A stretch of 63,270 bases of DNA, filler included, from Octopus bimaculoides (Eukaryota), in NCBI RefSeq assembly GCF_001194135.2. It is 7 parts of 6 records of this genome, joined end to end, with 100 filler letters (N's around TTAATTAATTAA, not from the genome) between each part and the next. Parts side by side here need not be neighbours in the genome. Positions count along the whole stretch, not along the records: positions 10,719 to 18,941 come from NC_068982.1; positions 19,042 to 39,517 come from NC_069005.1; 5 more parts are not named here. One strand, 5' to 3'. Made by a program: the position numbers and the translations under genes. This document shows, piece by piece, positions 12,836 to 26,545 of this stretch. Numbering within the stretch: the stretch's first letter is position 1; each line of letters starts with the position of its first letter. The notes below the pieces were generated by a model. The model worked only from the letters and a program-made list of their open reading frames with translations, did no database searches and was not told the origin of the DNA.

Positions 12836-13239
12836 TATATATGTATATTTTTCCAAATCATAATGAACACTTATAGAAAATCGAATAATAATCCTTGTGA
12901 AGGAAGAAGAGCCTACAATTTTCTTGTAATTACAATATTACAATTACAGAAACAGATATTTCTGAAAATGCCAGTTTTACACACAAATTTTTAGACACAG
13001 AACTGAACTATAACGATAATTAATCTTAAGTAATAAGCAGTTAGACTCTTCAACAACGGCTTAATACAATTTAAAGCTCATTGTTAAAAGTAAACAGGTT
13101 TTTATCTCTCTCAGGGCCCAAAACGTTGACATGGCTAGTTTCTGGTCTTCTTAAAGTCCCATCAAAGAAACAATACCTATTTTCCAGCCACTGATAGACT
13201 CGTAATTTAAAGCTAATTGCAGCACTATGAATCAGTAAA

Positions 13240-14240
13240 ATTGTTAAGTTTAATTTGCATAACGATGCATACACTGATTATTTATATCATAGTGCACTAC
13301 ACAGCGATTCTTTTTTTTTTAGGTGGGGGGGGGGATAACTAGAAATCAAGACATATACTTATATAATTTTAATAAATATACAGTTTTGTTAACCTTAACC
13401 CTAATTCTAACCCTAATCTTAACCCTAGCCCTAACCCTTAAACAAAATGTTTGCATCGTAAATTTTATTTCTTTGTAGATAAAAAAAATAGAGATCAACA
13501 TCGCTAGATTTTATATCTAATTTGCATACACTGATTATTCATTTCATAGTGCACTACATAGCAATTGTGGAGGCGTAATGGCCCAGTGGTTAGGGCAGCG
13601 GACTCGCGGTCATAGGATCGCGGTTTCGATTCCCAGACCGGGCGCTGTGAGTGTTTATTGAGCGAAAACACCTAAAGCTCCACGAGGCTCCGGCAGGGGG
13701 TGATGGCGAACCCTGCTGTATTCTTTCACCACAACTTTCTCTCACTCTTACATCCAGTTTCTGTTGTACCTGTATTTCAAAGGGTCAGCCTTGTCACACT
13801 GTGTCACGCTGAATATCCCCGAGAACTACGTTAAGGGTACACGCGTCTGTGGAGTGCTCAGCCACTTGCACGTTAATTTCACGAGCAGGCTGTTCCGTTG
13901 ATCGGATCAACTGGAACCCTCGACGTCGTAAGCAACGGAGTGCCAACAACAACACAACATAGCAATTATTATTATTTTTGTTTTTGATAACTAGAAATCA
14001 GGGTATATACTTACATAACTTTAATAAACATTCAGTTTTGTTTTTAAAAATAGATATACAATTTTAGCCCCTCCGTGAAAATTAAACCAAGATCTTACAT
14101 CACAAGTTTTTTTCTCTGTAGACAGAAAAGTGGGATCAACGTCGTTAGATTTTAATCCACTAAAACCTTCGTCCATTAGGATTCAGTTGAACTGATTAGC
14201 TTAATTTGCATAATAGTGCGGACACAAACAACGCCGATTA
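13240..14240. repeat. Degenerate tandem repeat units interrupted by the SINE C insertion
   Basis: GATAACTAGAAATCA...ATATACTTA and TAATTTGCATA...TAGTGC recur at about 13250, 13335, 13520, 13985 and 14205. One unit carries TAACCC-like repeats at 13390-13440. Confidence 0.6.
13567..13956 (+). mobile_element. Full-length tRNA-derived SINE (family C) with 11-bp TSD
   Basis: A-box TGGCCCAGTGG, B-box GGTTTCGATTCCC and an (AAC)n tail. ACATAGCAATT lies at both 13556-13566 and 13957-13967. Confidence 0.9.
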
Positions 14241-14439
14241 ATAAATTAATAAACAAAATGGATGTACATGTTTTCTTGAAAATTTGAAAGATAAAATCTG
14301 TGGTTGTAAACTGTTTAATTTTTACGTCCGTCCATCCATCCATCCATCCATCCATATATTTTTGCCTATTATTTATGAGAGAGTCGCGGGGGTAGAGTTC
14401 TCAGACACCTCGTCCATAGGGTTCTATAAGAAACAACTG

Positions 14440-14730
14440 TTATTACTTTTTCTGGCTGCATTCCCAAACGTGACTAACTGAAACTATGGATATTGTCCAA
14501 CCATCTCACTCGTGGACTACCCTTAAGTCTCCTGCCAGTTGGCTCGGTTTGAAGAATCCATCATGTTAACCTTTCCTGCGATATTCTAACTACCTGTCCG
14601 TAGTATCAAAGCTGTGACATGCCAATTTAGAGTCCTTGATCTCTGAGCTACACACCCTCTCGAGTAACGTTGCTCCATAGATCCTTTGGAGAAATTCCAT
14701 TTCCGCTGTTTGTATTTGGTCATTAACCTA
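14440..14730 (-). mobile_element. RTE-group LINE 3' fragment
   Basis: Minus frame IQTAEMEFLQRIYGATLLERVCSSEI, similar to the QIQTAKMGF of the 41370-41690 fragment. Confidence 0.6.
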
Positions 14731-15388
14731 ACATTTACGACCGTAGGTAAAAATAGGCACGGAAACAGAATTCTTACAGTGAGTCTAAAATATCTCTGAT
14801 TATTTCAAAGGTATATTTCACATTTCAATTTACCCACCTGCCTTCCAAAAATGATGTTGCTATAGACTATGAATTAATTTATTTCTTATGGTAAAAGATA
14901 GTAATTGTCTCACAAGTTTTTCCGAGAAAAGTGCTACAGGTTATTTCATACAACTACTATTTTGGTCAGAAGTACTGTAGTTTCAAATAGACATCAACTG
15001 TCTGCTAATCGAGACTGCATCAAGCTGAACGGATCAGGTAACATTAAGATAACAATAAATAGCTAACACCTAAGCAATTATAATAAAAAAATAAGAACAA
15101 AACAAGCTTCCATGTTTTAAAATAAAATATGACATAGCTACGATTTTTTCCGCATTAAATACGTTCTATACGATTTTTGGCGTTTTACATCTATTTATAA
15201 AATAACCTGGTTTCTAACTGTAATTATTATTTATTATATACTTTTTCATATTTCAGAAGCATGCAAATATAACATAACGTAAACATTCCTGCCGAGCAGA
15301 ACTATTTCTTCATCACAGCATATTATAATAAAATAGTTTTTTTTTTATTTGGAGTTGTGTCAGTTTTCAAATACTGTGAAGAGTTTTA

Positions 15389-15457
<69 letters not shown>

Positions 15458-18129
15458 GTGTGTGTGTGTGTGTGTGTGTGCTTGTGTCTGTGTGTGTGTC
15501 TGCCTGCTTTTCTGAGTCTCACTGTGTGAGTGTATATATATGCGAGAGTGTGTGTTGATGTATTTACATACAGTCGCGCGCGCACACACACACAACGCAC
15601 ACACACACACACACGCACACATATACACACACACACACTCTCTCTCTCTCTCTCTGTCGCTCATTCGCAAAGACAAATACATATATATATATGCATACAT
15701 TTTTAAATTATTTATTTGGAAGAGGAAAACTGGTACCCGTGACCTATACAGGTCAACCCTATTGCGAAGGATGAGTGTTCAGCCTGAGGTTTTGTAGGTT
15801 AACACCTGCAGGAATAAGCAGACATTGTTTTTATTTATTCATTTATTTATTTTTGATACAGAGAACTATAGTTTTGGGATGGGGGAAAATTGATTAGTGC
15901 TGGATCTTGAAATACATGTGTAGGAATGTTGAGGGAAAGAGAGACGGATGTGTCGGCTGGCTTGATGGAGGGAAATGGCACGCAGACTTAATTCTCTTAT
16001 TTAATGGCTTAGTCAGAGGAAGAAGAGCCCTCCCCATGATTTTCTTGTAGGGTCTCTGACAGAAGTGGGAGGGAAAGAGCGGAACTCATGTGTTATCTTG
16101 AGACTAGTGATATGGTCTGAATACTTGCAGTAGAATAGCTTCTGCAAAAGATATCTGTGGACCTGATGGTAACATTGATGGTGGTGAAAATAGTGGTGGT
16201 AGTGGTGGTGTTAGTGTTGGGGAAGAGTGGTGAAATGGCAGTGGTAGTGATGGTGGTGGTGGTGGTGGTGGTGGTGGTGGTGGTTGTGGTGGTGGTAGTG
16301 ATGGTGGTGGTGGTGGTGGTGGATTAACTCTATCATCCCAGCGCAAGTGTACACCATTCGACAAGACCATCCCGCCCAACATTCTGTCCACAATTCCACT
16401 CAAAATGCTTGAGTAGACCAGAGTTTGTGGTAGAAAATGACTTGCCCAAAGTGTTACACAATGGGACCAAAACAGTAGCCATGGAATTGCGAAACAAATG
16501 TCTTAACCAAACAGCTGTGTATAAGAGTCGGAGCTGTGTAGTGGAAGCGCACAACTGTGGAGCAGACATAAAACTGAGTAATAGAGTCATAGAGCTGTGT
16601 AGTGTGTGCAGTAGAGACAGTCGTAACAGAGATATCGGGTCAGTATGTATCATGTTGGCGGGGACATATTTTTTTCTTTTTTTTTTCGCATGTGGACTTG
16701 AATATATGTAACAGCAAGGAATTCTGAATAGCAGATTTTACTTATGCGATATTTCAGGCCAGTAACTGACGAGAGGAGAATATTTTCTGGCTCTGAAGAA
16801 TAAGTCTGGTGTTTGTGATTTTAGCAATGCTGTATACGCATGGGTCCTCGATGAGAAATCATAAGATTTTGAGACGCAAAACATTAGTGACGACTCTGAG
16901 TCAATTGTTATAGGTAAGAAATAACCTAAACAGAATTGATCCCAGTATGTTACTGGAATTTATTTTTAAAATCTTGAAGGGGTAAAAAACAAAACCGATC
17001 CCTGTGGTTTATAAACTCAAAATAATGAAGCTTTTAGGCAAGTGTCTTCTTCCATAGCTTCGAGTTGACCATTCCTCTGTGAATGAAATTTGGTAGAGAG
17101 AACGTGTGTGGAAACTTGGCTGTGTGACTGTCTCTGTTCTTAGTACATCGCCCCGTTCAGCACATCTAGAGTGTCTTTATCGTAGCCTGCTTTGTTGCAA
17201 GTACACTGGCCAATTTTTTTTATTTGGAGGTAACAACTTACTCCAACTAACCTCCAATCCCATGAAAATGGTCATGAACGCTGCCTTTCCTTTTCTGTTT
17301 AAGTCTTGTAAAAAATTAATTGAATAATTAAGCATTCACTCAGGGGTTTTTCTGTCGATGGAATAGCTCAATTCTTCACAAATTTCTTGAAACTAAGCGC
17401 GATCCATGAAATATTGTCCTGTTTAAAGTTTATTATTTCACATAATATATATATCCAATTACTTTTCTGTTTACTAAGAAAATAAGATGTTCTTATATCG
17501 CCCCAGTTTTTACAGCAAAAGCCTTCAAATAGCCATAGAATTATCTACACTATACATGTTTTAGGTGTCAAAAAATTTTCAATTCTTTTTTAAACAGTTG
17601 CACAGATTATTTTAAAGTTCTTCCATGATAAATATTACCAAATAAATTTTATACCGCAGTAAGATGTTTCACAAATAATCAAGGTTTTAACTGTTTAATC
17701 AGAGTTTTAACTGAGAATGAGAGACTTTTCATCACACAGAATATGGCAAAGTTCATTATTCATTTACAAAGATATTTCGTCTTTCTGTGAAGGTTCTGGA
17801 AATTTCGAAAGCCAGCTCTAGATTCCCCTAAGGCCTCCTACACATCCCTGCCACAAATTATTTAAATTACGCCAGTTTAAGTATATTGTTATTGTTGATT
17901 TCATATGTTTATTTCTATATTTTAACTTCAAACGTTCAGGCTTCGAAAAGTTTCTTCTGATTAAAGGCCATTAGTGACCGGAAGTTACTACTGACGAAAA
18001 GTCCTTAATATCTTTTGGTTCCGCATTGTATTCCAATTTTGATTTTGGTTAGACAATCAGAAAGCTTATTTATTATTATTATTATTATTAATATTATTAT
18101 TATTATTATTAATATTATTATTATTATTA

Positions 18130-18167
<38 letters not shown>

Positions 18168-18496
18168 ACAAATTTAATTTGGATGTCAATTTGTAGGATA
18201 AAAGAAATAATGTGATAGTGCATAAAACAATATTGTAATATATACAGGGAAGTAGATGATAGATTCTGTAGGGTGTCGGAAAAAATGCCTTGTATTTAGT
18301 TACACCCAGCTAAGTTCTGAGTTTAATTCTCACCCAGGTCAACTGTCTCTCATCCTTCCAACAATCGAAAAATAAAGTACCAGCTTAATACCGCGATCAG
18401 TTAACATGGCTTTGTGTCAATATCTAACACCAAATATCAAATAAGTACCAGTGCATAACTGGTACTTATTTAATCGATTCTGCCAGCTCGCCGCTT

Positions 18497-18569
<73 letters not shown>

Positions 18570-19239
18570 GCAGAAGTCGACTTGGTACTTTTTGGTATTC
18601 TCACCCCCGTTAAAAAATTGGATTATGAAAAATATCGGTACTTTTGGTTATCTCCTCCACCTAAAGAAATTGTTTAACCCTCAATAAAACAAAACAAAGA
18701 AAAATGAAAAAAAAGATAATCAGCATGAAAACTGAAAAAAATTAATAAACAAGGAAACTGAAAAAATTATTCATCTTATTGAATCTAATAACATTTTTAT
18801 AACAAATCACACCATGCCTTTTGAGGAAGCCAAAAGTCAACAATGTGTTGAAGTATTGAATCAAAAGGATCTAACACTTTTAATCCAATCTCTTGTCACC
18901 ACAAACTCAAGTTTTTTAGTGGGCAGGTAACCTAATCTTTTNNNNNNNNNNNNNNNNNNNNNNNNNNNNNNNNNNNNNNNNNNNNTTAATTAATTAANNN
19001 NNNNNNNNNNNNNNNNNNNNNNNNNNNNNNNNNNNNNNNNNGTATTTAGTCTCACATTGAAAGCTGGGGTTTTTTTTTTAAATTCTTTTGTCTTATTTTA
19101 TGTTCAGCTTAAGTAAAATTCGGACCAAACGGGTTTCAAAGTGAATTCTCATAAGTTATTTAATAACAGCGAAACGGATGGACTCATTTTTCAACTCAAA
19201 CAGACTGTACGAAGCCACTCTCCCTCCCTCCCTTCCCCC

Positions 19240-19279
<40 letters not shown>

Positions 19280-19287
19280 TATTTATT

Positions 19288-19338
<51 letters not shown>

Positions 19339-19811
19339 CTATCTATCTCTAGCTCTCTCTTTCTCTTTGTATATGTATGTATGTATGTCAATGTATCATC
19401 AATATATTTATGATTGTAAGCACGTGTGTGTATGTGTATGTATGTATGTGTGTATGTATGTATATATGTATGTATGATGTGTGTATGTGTGAGTGTTTGT
19501 GTGTTTGTGTGAATGTGTTTCTATATAAGTGTGTATATGTATGTTTGTATGTGTTTTTGTGTTTGTGCGTGTGTGTGTGCATGTATGTATGAATGTATAA
19601 ACGTATGTATGTGTGTGTGTATGTGTGTGTATATGTATTTAGTTTGAAATGAGGACTGACTCCACCCATTTCATTGTCATTAAAAAGCTCATGACAATTC
19701 GCTCTCAAATACGTTTTGTTCGAACTACGCTAAAGCTGAAAATAAAATAAAAAGATAAATAAAAGAGTAAAGAAGATTGTCACTGCGAGACTACATACAT
19801 GTAGATATATA

Positions 19812-20190
19812 GGCGCAGGCGCGGCTGTGTGGTAAGAAGCGAGCTGGCAGAAACGTCAGCACGCCGGGCGAAATGCTTAGGGGTATTTCGTCTGCCGTTA
19901 CATTCTGAGTTCAAATTCCGCCGAGGTCGACTTTGCCTTTCATCCTTTCGGGGTCGATAGATTAAGTACCAGTTACGCACTGAGTCGATGTAATCGACTT
20001 AATCCCTTTGTTTGTCCTTGTTTGTCCCCTCTATGCTTAGCCCCTTGTGGGCATTTAAGAAATAAGAAGCTTGCTGTCCAACCTCATGATTCGAAGTTCA
20101 GTCCCACTGCGTGTTACCGTATTACTATACTTCAGGCCGATCAAAACCTTGATTGATATGGTAGATGGAAACTGAAAGAAGCCCGTCATA
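19812..20190 (+). mobile_element. SINE family A head interrupted by a SINE family B insertion (19840-20062)
   Basis: GGCGCAGGCGCGGCTGTGTGG|TAAGAAG is followed by the family B body (GAGTTCAAATTCCGCCGAGGTCGACTTTGCCTTTCATCC...), then TAAGAAG|CTTGCT... resumes family A. TSD at 19833-19839 and 20063-20069. Confidence 0.85.
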
Positions 20191-20768
20191 TANNNNNNNN
20201 NNNNNNNNNNNNNNNNNNNNNNNNNNNNNNNNNNNNNNNNNNNNNNNNNNNNNNNNNNNNNNNNNNNNNNNNNNNNNNNNNNNNNNNNNNNNNNNNNNNN
20301 NNNNNNNNNNNNNNNNNNNNNNNNNNNNNNNNNNNNNNNNNNNNNNNNNNNNNNNNNNNNNNNNNNNNNNNNNNNNNNNNNNNNNNNNNNNNNNNNNNNN
20401 NNNNNNNNNNNNNNNNNNNNNNNNNNNNNNNNNNNNNNNNNNNNNNNNNNNNNNNNNNNNNNNNNNNNNNNNNNNNNNNNNNNNNNNNNNNNNNNNNNNN
20501 NNNNNNNNNNNNNNNNNNNNNNNNNNNNNNNNNNNNNNNNNNNNNNNNNNNNNNNNNNNNNNNNNNNNNNNNNNNNNNNNNNNNNNNNNNNNNNNNNNNN
20601 NNNNNNNNNNNNNNNNNNNNNNNNNNNNNNNNNNNNNNNNNNNNNNNNNNNNNNNNNNNNNNNNNNNNNNNNNNNNNNNNNNNNNNNNNNNNNNNNNNNN
20701 NNNNNNNATAATTAATCGATATTAATTAATATATTAATATATGACTAATTACCAGATCTTATAATTTA

Positions 20769-20802
<34 letters not shown>

Positions 20803-20809
20803 CATATAT

Positions 20810-20962
20810 ACGACAGGCTTCTTTCAGTTTCCGTCTACCAAATCCACTCACAAGGCTTTGGTCGGCCCGAGGCTATAGTAGAAGGTGCCACGCAGTGGGA
20901 CTGAACCCAGAACCATGTGGTTGGTAAGCAAGCTACTTACCACACAGCAACTCCTGCGCCTA
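20810..20962 (-). mobile_element. SINE family A 5' half
   Basis: Reverse complement of GGCGCAGGAGTTGCTGTGTGGTAAGTAGCTTGCTT...GGTTCAGTCCCACTGCGTGGCACC...GTAGACGGAAACTGAAAGAAGCC. Confidence 0.85.
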
Positions 20963-21054
20963 CATATATATATGTGTGTGTGTGTGTATTTAGAAATGTA
21001 TGTATGTATGTATGTATGTATGTATGTATGTATGTATGTGTGCGTATGTGTATG

Positions 21055-21320
21055 TTGTATGGCGAACTGTTACAAGGCACTCAACCACAGTATAAGCCAA
21101 GAAAGCGATTCGAGGACAACTAAAAAGAATCACTTGGAATCTGTGAGACTTTAGAATAGGAGTGAGAAATCAAGAAGCAAGGAATCTGTGACAGAATGCA
21201 AACGAGTGGTCAGTATGAAAAGACAATTGCGTTAACCCCACAATTCCTCACCCAATCAGTGAAGACTGTGGCTGCGTATGTATGTCTTGTGCAAGCCTGA
21301 TGACCCACTAGAGAAGCTAT
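21055..21320 (+). mobile_element. RTE (BovB-like) LINE 3' fragment
   Basis: LYGELLQGTQPQYKPRKRFED... followed by a Cys/His-rich tail (DCGCVCMSCASLMTH), typical of RTE ORF C-termini. Confidence 0.65.
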
Positions 21321-21776
21321 GAAGAAAGACCTGTTACAAGCTACAACGGCTTTCTTTCTGGAGCCAACTTCACATGCACTGCTTGCCAGAAAATGTGTAT
21401 AAAATGCAAAACATCCAGGCAGTTAAGTGATACAAAAAAGGGACAACAAAACATCGAGATAGACAATACAAAAAAAAAACAAGGACGGGTCATTCGGAGT
21501 TTTCTTTCCTCAGTCGAGTTTCAGATTATCTTTGCAATTTCGGCTGGTTATACTCGAAATTGCTCCAATCTGGCCAGCTCCAAGGAAAAACTAAGCTAAG
21601 ATCATTAGATTCCTTGGAAGAAAGCAGCGAATGTATACGAAAACAAGCACGGAATAATACGGAGAAGGTTACACAAATACAATTAACAGGACATAACAAC
21701 AGGTGTCTTTCGACTAAAGATGAATTAAATTAAGATGGCGCGTATGGAAGTAAAGCCTTACGGAAGGGATACAAGA

Positions 21777-21815
<39 letters not shown>

Positions 21816-22138
21816 NNNNNNNNNNNNNNNNNNNNNNNNNNNNNNNNNNNNNNNNNNNNNNNNNNNNNNNNNNNNNNNNNNNNNNNNNNNNNNNNNNNNN
21901 NNNNNNNNNNNNNNNNNNNNNNNNNNNNNNNNNNNNNNNNNNNNNNNNNNNNNNNNNNNNNNNNNNNNNNNNNNNNNNNNNNNNNNNNNNNNNNNNNNNN
22001 NNNNNNNNNNNNNNNNNNNNNNNNNNNNNNNNNNNNNNNNNNNNNNNNNNNNNNNNNNNNNNNNNNNNNNNNNNNNNNNNNNNNNNNNNNNNNNNNNNNN
22101 NNNNNNNNNNNNNNNNNNNNNNNNNNNNNNNNNNNNNN

Positions 22139-22483
22139 AGAAGGTAAAGACCCCCGTTCGGTCATGAATGACCATGGGTTTGCACCTAGAAAGTTCCCCT
22201 CCAAGGCACAAGTCCAGGCTAGGTTGCTTATGGAAGACCAGCAGTCGCCCATGCATATCTGTCTCCTTCCACCACGCCATCGATGTTATTATCCAAGGGA
22301 AGCACAAAAGCTGATACAGCTTGGCACCAGTGACGTAGCAGCTCATCTCTACAGTTGAGTGAACTGGAGCAGCGGAAAATAAAGTGTTTTGCTTAAGAAC
22401 ACAACACAGCCCGGTTCGGGAATCGAACTCACTACCTAATGATTGTGAGCCCAACGCTCTAACCACTGAGCCATGCGCCTTCA
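22139..22483 (-). mobile_element. tRNA-derived SINE family D, full length
   Basis: Reverse strand reads GAAGGCGCATGGCTCAGTGGTTAGAGCG (A-box), GAGTTCGATTCCC (B-box), AGCAAAACACTTTATT...GCTCCAGTTCACTCA, and ends GGGGGTCTTTACCTT. A partial related head lies at 49130-49270. Confidence 0.85.
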
Positions 22484-22805
22484 TAGGTAAATATAAGTAA
22501 ACTTGAGCTGTTTCCTCTTTAAGCACATCTGCTTATTCCATTATTACAATCCGATATGAAATACGTCTAATGCCGAATTAATAATACCAAAAAATTTCCA
22601 ATTTCCTGTTTTGTTATATACATATATATATAAATGTGTGTGTGTGTGTGTACATACATACACACACGTATATTTGTATATGCTTAAGTGAATATGTGGG
22701 CACATGAGTATGTTAGTATACATAGATATATGTGCACGCATGATGTGCATATAGGTACATATGTGTTTACGTACGTGCAGATGTCTATATGAATCTATGC
22801 TAATA

Positions 22806-22927
<122 letters not shown>

Positions 22928-24115
22928 GTCAGAGTATATATCTGTGTGTATTCAGAAACGAAGCTGTATTGGTAATATTGTAATAATGTTCAGTATGTTG
23001 TGGTTTAGTGAACTGTCCTGCAATATGTGGAAATGATGTAAAGTCTTTTTGTGTGATGGATCATCCGTCAGCGTCGACGATGAGTGTTCGGTAATTCGAT
23101 GAACTGAACAACGAACTAATTAAATTAACATGTAAGAGGCTGTGTATTCCACAGACAGTTATAGCCTTAATATAATTCTCAGGTAGGGATCATCGTAGCA
23201 CATTATGTAAACAAAACTGTATTTTTTGAATTACTAATACAATCCACCCGACGAGCTTGTATACAGTTTTATTCACAAGGGTTGAGATCGACCTGACGAC
23301 AAAGAAAAACTTGCTCGAGATGCCACATAACAGGACCGAACTCGGGACCTGGTGATTGTGAAGGAAACCTCGTAAAAACTCACCTACAACAGCTTCCTTT
23401 TTAGTGGAGTGTAAGTGAACTCGCCTGTATTGTGTGGAAGTTACGGGAATAGGTACCATAGTGAAGTGCAGTGAGGTGCAATATGCGTTTGGTATAGTAC
23501 AGGGTAGCGTAAGGTGGCATGCTGTGATACAGTGTGGCATGGTTTGTGGTGTACTATAATGTAGTACAATGCAAGGTTGTATAATGTAATGTGATGCAGT
23601 ATAGTATGGTGTACTGACGTGTAGTGTGGCGCTGTGTATGACCGTCTTGTTTTACTACTATCTGTGTAAATGATATCAACGAGGTCTTCTGGTGAAGTTT
23701 AGTATGGTGCTGTCTGGTGAACTGTCCTACCGTCTGTGGAAGTGATATCAACGAGGTCTTCTAGAAAAGGAAGAAGATATATCCGATGCTTATCAAAATA
23801 TTATTTCACGTGATTGATGAAATTTGTGATTTATAAACTAAACTCTGCCGTTGGTATTTTAGCTATTCACTCTCACAAAGACGAAACACCCACCCACACA
23901 GACAGTGAAAATGGCAGACGATGTGTTTACAAATGGCGGTCCTCAGCCGGTGACATCAGCCAAGTGTGACATAAATCTTGACAGATTCAGTGGGAGGTGC
24001 AAGGCGCTGGTTGGCTGGTTGGTTGGTGGTAGCGGCGGCACGTAACACAATCGAGCGAACGTACGAGGTGGAGGTTGGTGGTCACATGAGATAAGGTAGC
24101 TTGGGTTCAGCGTAA

Positions 24116-24153
<38 letters not shown>

Positions 24154-24288
24154 ACGCACACACACACACACACGCACACACACACACACACGCATACACA
24201 CACACAGAGATCACCGCCACCACCACATTTACTACCACCACCACACCACACACACACACGCAAGCACTCACAAACACATACTAACACG

Positions 24289-24322
<34 letters not shown>

Positions 24323-24556
24323 GATCACCGCCACCACCAACTCTACCACCACCACCAACTCTACCACCACCACCACACCACACACACACATGCACAAACA
24401 CGTTCACCCACACAAACACGCACACACACACATACACACACACACACACAACATACATACATAGAGGCACGCGTACATACAGATGGATACATACATGTAC
24501 ATACACACAAGTACACACACTCATATTCAAATATACATGCACACATATACATAGAT

Positions 24557-24592
<36 letters not shown>

Positions 24593-25189
24593 ACACTCAT
24601 ACATTCAAATATGCACAGACAAATACTCATTCAAACATACATACACATACACGCACGTTCATTCAAATATATACATTCACCAACATATGACTCACACATA
24701 CGCATGCGCGCGCGTACACGCACACACACACACACATACAAGCATATACACATGCACGCTCATGTACACATATACACTCATGTACACATACACAATCATG
24801 TACACCCAATATATACTCATACATACACTCATATACACCCATATATACATATAGTTATACATACATTCATACATATATACACACCTGAACTCATTCACAC
24901 TAACTCACTCACTCACTCACTCGCAAAAGAGAATGATCCCGCACTAAATCCCGGAGTGATTAAGAATTAAACAGCTTCGTTTAGAGATTTTGTCAGAACG
25001 GAAAGGAAGTAAGGTGATGAGGAGATGAAATGGTGGGGTGGTGGATGGGTGGTTAAGTGATAAAGAGAGAGGAAAGGGGTGCATGAAGGAAGAAACGGAA
25101 CTTGCGAAGAATGAACGAGAAAGAGGTAAGAGAAACAAAAGAAAAAAAATGAAGAAAAACAACGAAGGAAGAAGCAAAATTATAAACCT

Positions 25190-25690
25190 TCAAGGGGTCA
25201 CTCGAACAAATCTACCCCAGTACTTATTTTGTTAAAGTCTGGAATTACTTATTCTCTCGGTCATTTTTGCCGAACCGCTAGGTTATGGAGACGTAAACAC
25301 TCCGACACCGGTTGTCAAGCAGCGATGGGGCGGGGGGAGGGACATGCATTGGCACACACACACACACACACAAACACATTCTGATACTTATTTTCATATT
25401 AAGTCTGGTACTTATTCTGTCGGTCTCCTTCGCCGAAGCGCTGAGTTATGGAGACGAAAACAAACCAACATCGGTTGTCAAGTAGTGGCGGGGGAGGTGG
25501 GATGGTGTGGAAAACACCATTACACACATATATAGCGGGCTTCTACACAGTTTCAGTCTCCCAAATTCACTGACAAGGCTTTGGTCGGTCTGGGGCTGTA
25601 AAAGAGGACACTTGCTTAAGACGCCACGCAGTGAAACTGAACCTAAAACTACATGAGTGTAAAGCGAACTTCTAAACCATACAGGTATTG
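25190..25690 (-). mobile_element. SINE family A with duplicated 3' module
   Basis: Two successive TACTTATTCT.TCGGTC...GTTATGGAGACG.AAACA...CGGTTGTCAAG modules precede the head module. Confidence 0.75.
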
Positions 25691-25730
25691 ATAGGCGCAG
25701 GCGTGGCTGTGTGGTAAGAAGCTTGCTTCC

Positions 25731-26545
25731 GCGCATGCGTCGGATTATTTGCTGTTTGGATTTTGTAAGAGTCGAACGTAGTTTTTTTGTGTTGCTTAGA
25801 TGTACTCAGACGTTAACGGTCTGAGTTGTCATCAGAAGAGGAGCTGGTAAGGGCGGTTATAAAGATGGACGGAGTGTTGAAGACAAGGAGTTTTGCTGAA
25901 GCCACGGAGGTGGACTTGGCTAGTCTGAAGGAGTACGAGAAGATGGCTCTGAAGGTGGGCGGCGACATGAAGTTGTCGCTACCCAAAGGAATTGTGGAAA
26001 GGATGGGGAAGAAAACGATTACCTATAAGGTGTACTCATTGAAAGGAAAAACGGGAGAACAAGTGGGGGCAGAAGGAAGAAGATATGGGGAAAATGGTCG
26101 TCCAATTTAGGATAGTAGAGGAGGTGAGGAAGCTGGCGAGTGTGGCGGTGAAAACAANNNNNNNNNNNNNNNNNNNTGAAAACAAAGGAAGTAGTGCTTC
26201 AGCCTACATACCTTGGAAGAAAGATTTCTAAGGTGAGGTTAGAAGCAATTCCACTGGATATAGAAGTGGTTTGGGTAGCGGTAGCTGTCCTCATTGAAGG
26301 CGAGGAGAAGGTGGCTGTCCTCCAAGCCACAGAAACGGAAGAAGGAGAGTGGAAAGGAAGGACACTTGAACTCTTTATTCAGGCGGAGGAGGGTCAACTG
26401 GAGAACTTGGCAGAGACGGTGACGTTGGGGGAAATCGTGCTGAGGGTGTGGGTAGATGGCAGAGTAGCACGTTGTTTTAAATGTGGTCAAAAGGGCGACA
26501 TTAGAGCATATTGCCCTCTACAGAGGACAATGGATGAGGATACAG
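25731..26545 (+). mobile_element. 5' end and ORF1 (gag-like, CCHC zinc knuckle) of an L1/Tx1-type LINE, disrupted
   Basis: ORF pieces 25826-26110 and 26194-26530 end in CFKCGQKGDIRAYCP (26473-26514), a Cx2Cx4Hx4C knuckle with H>D. No ORF2 follows. Confidence 0.7.

Noticed and set aside
13390-13440. TAACCC-like run as an interstitial telomere
   Set aside because: It is short, degenerate and embedded in a dispersed repeat unit.
16758-16913. 156-bp segment with good acceptor (ATATTTCAG) and donor (AG|GTAAGA)
   Set aside because: Stops occur in all three frames, so it is not a coding exon. A non-coding exon cannot be excluded but has no support.
23863-24046. Short ORF around AAAATGG (MADDVFTNGGPQPVTSAK...) in a CpG-containing patch
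   Set aside because: No recognisable homology and no convincing splice donor; it is next to low-complexity sequence.
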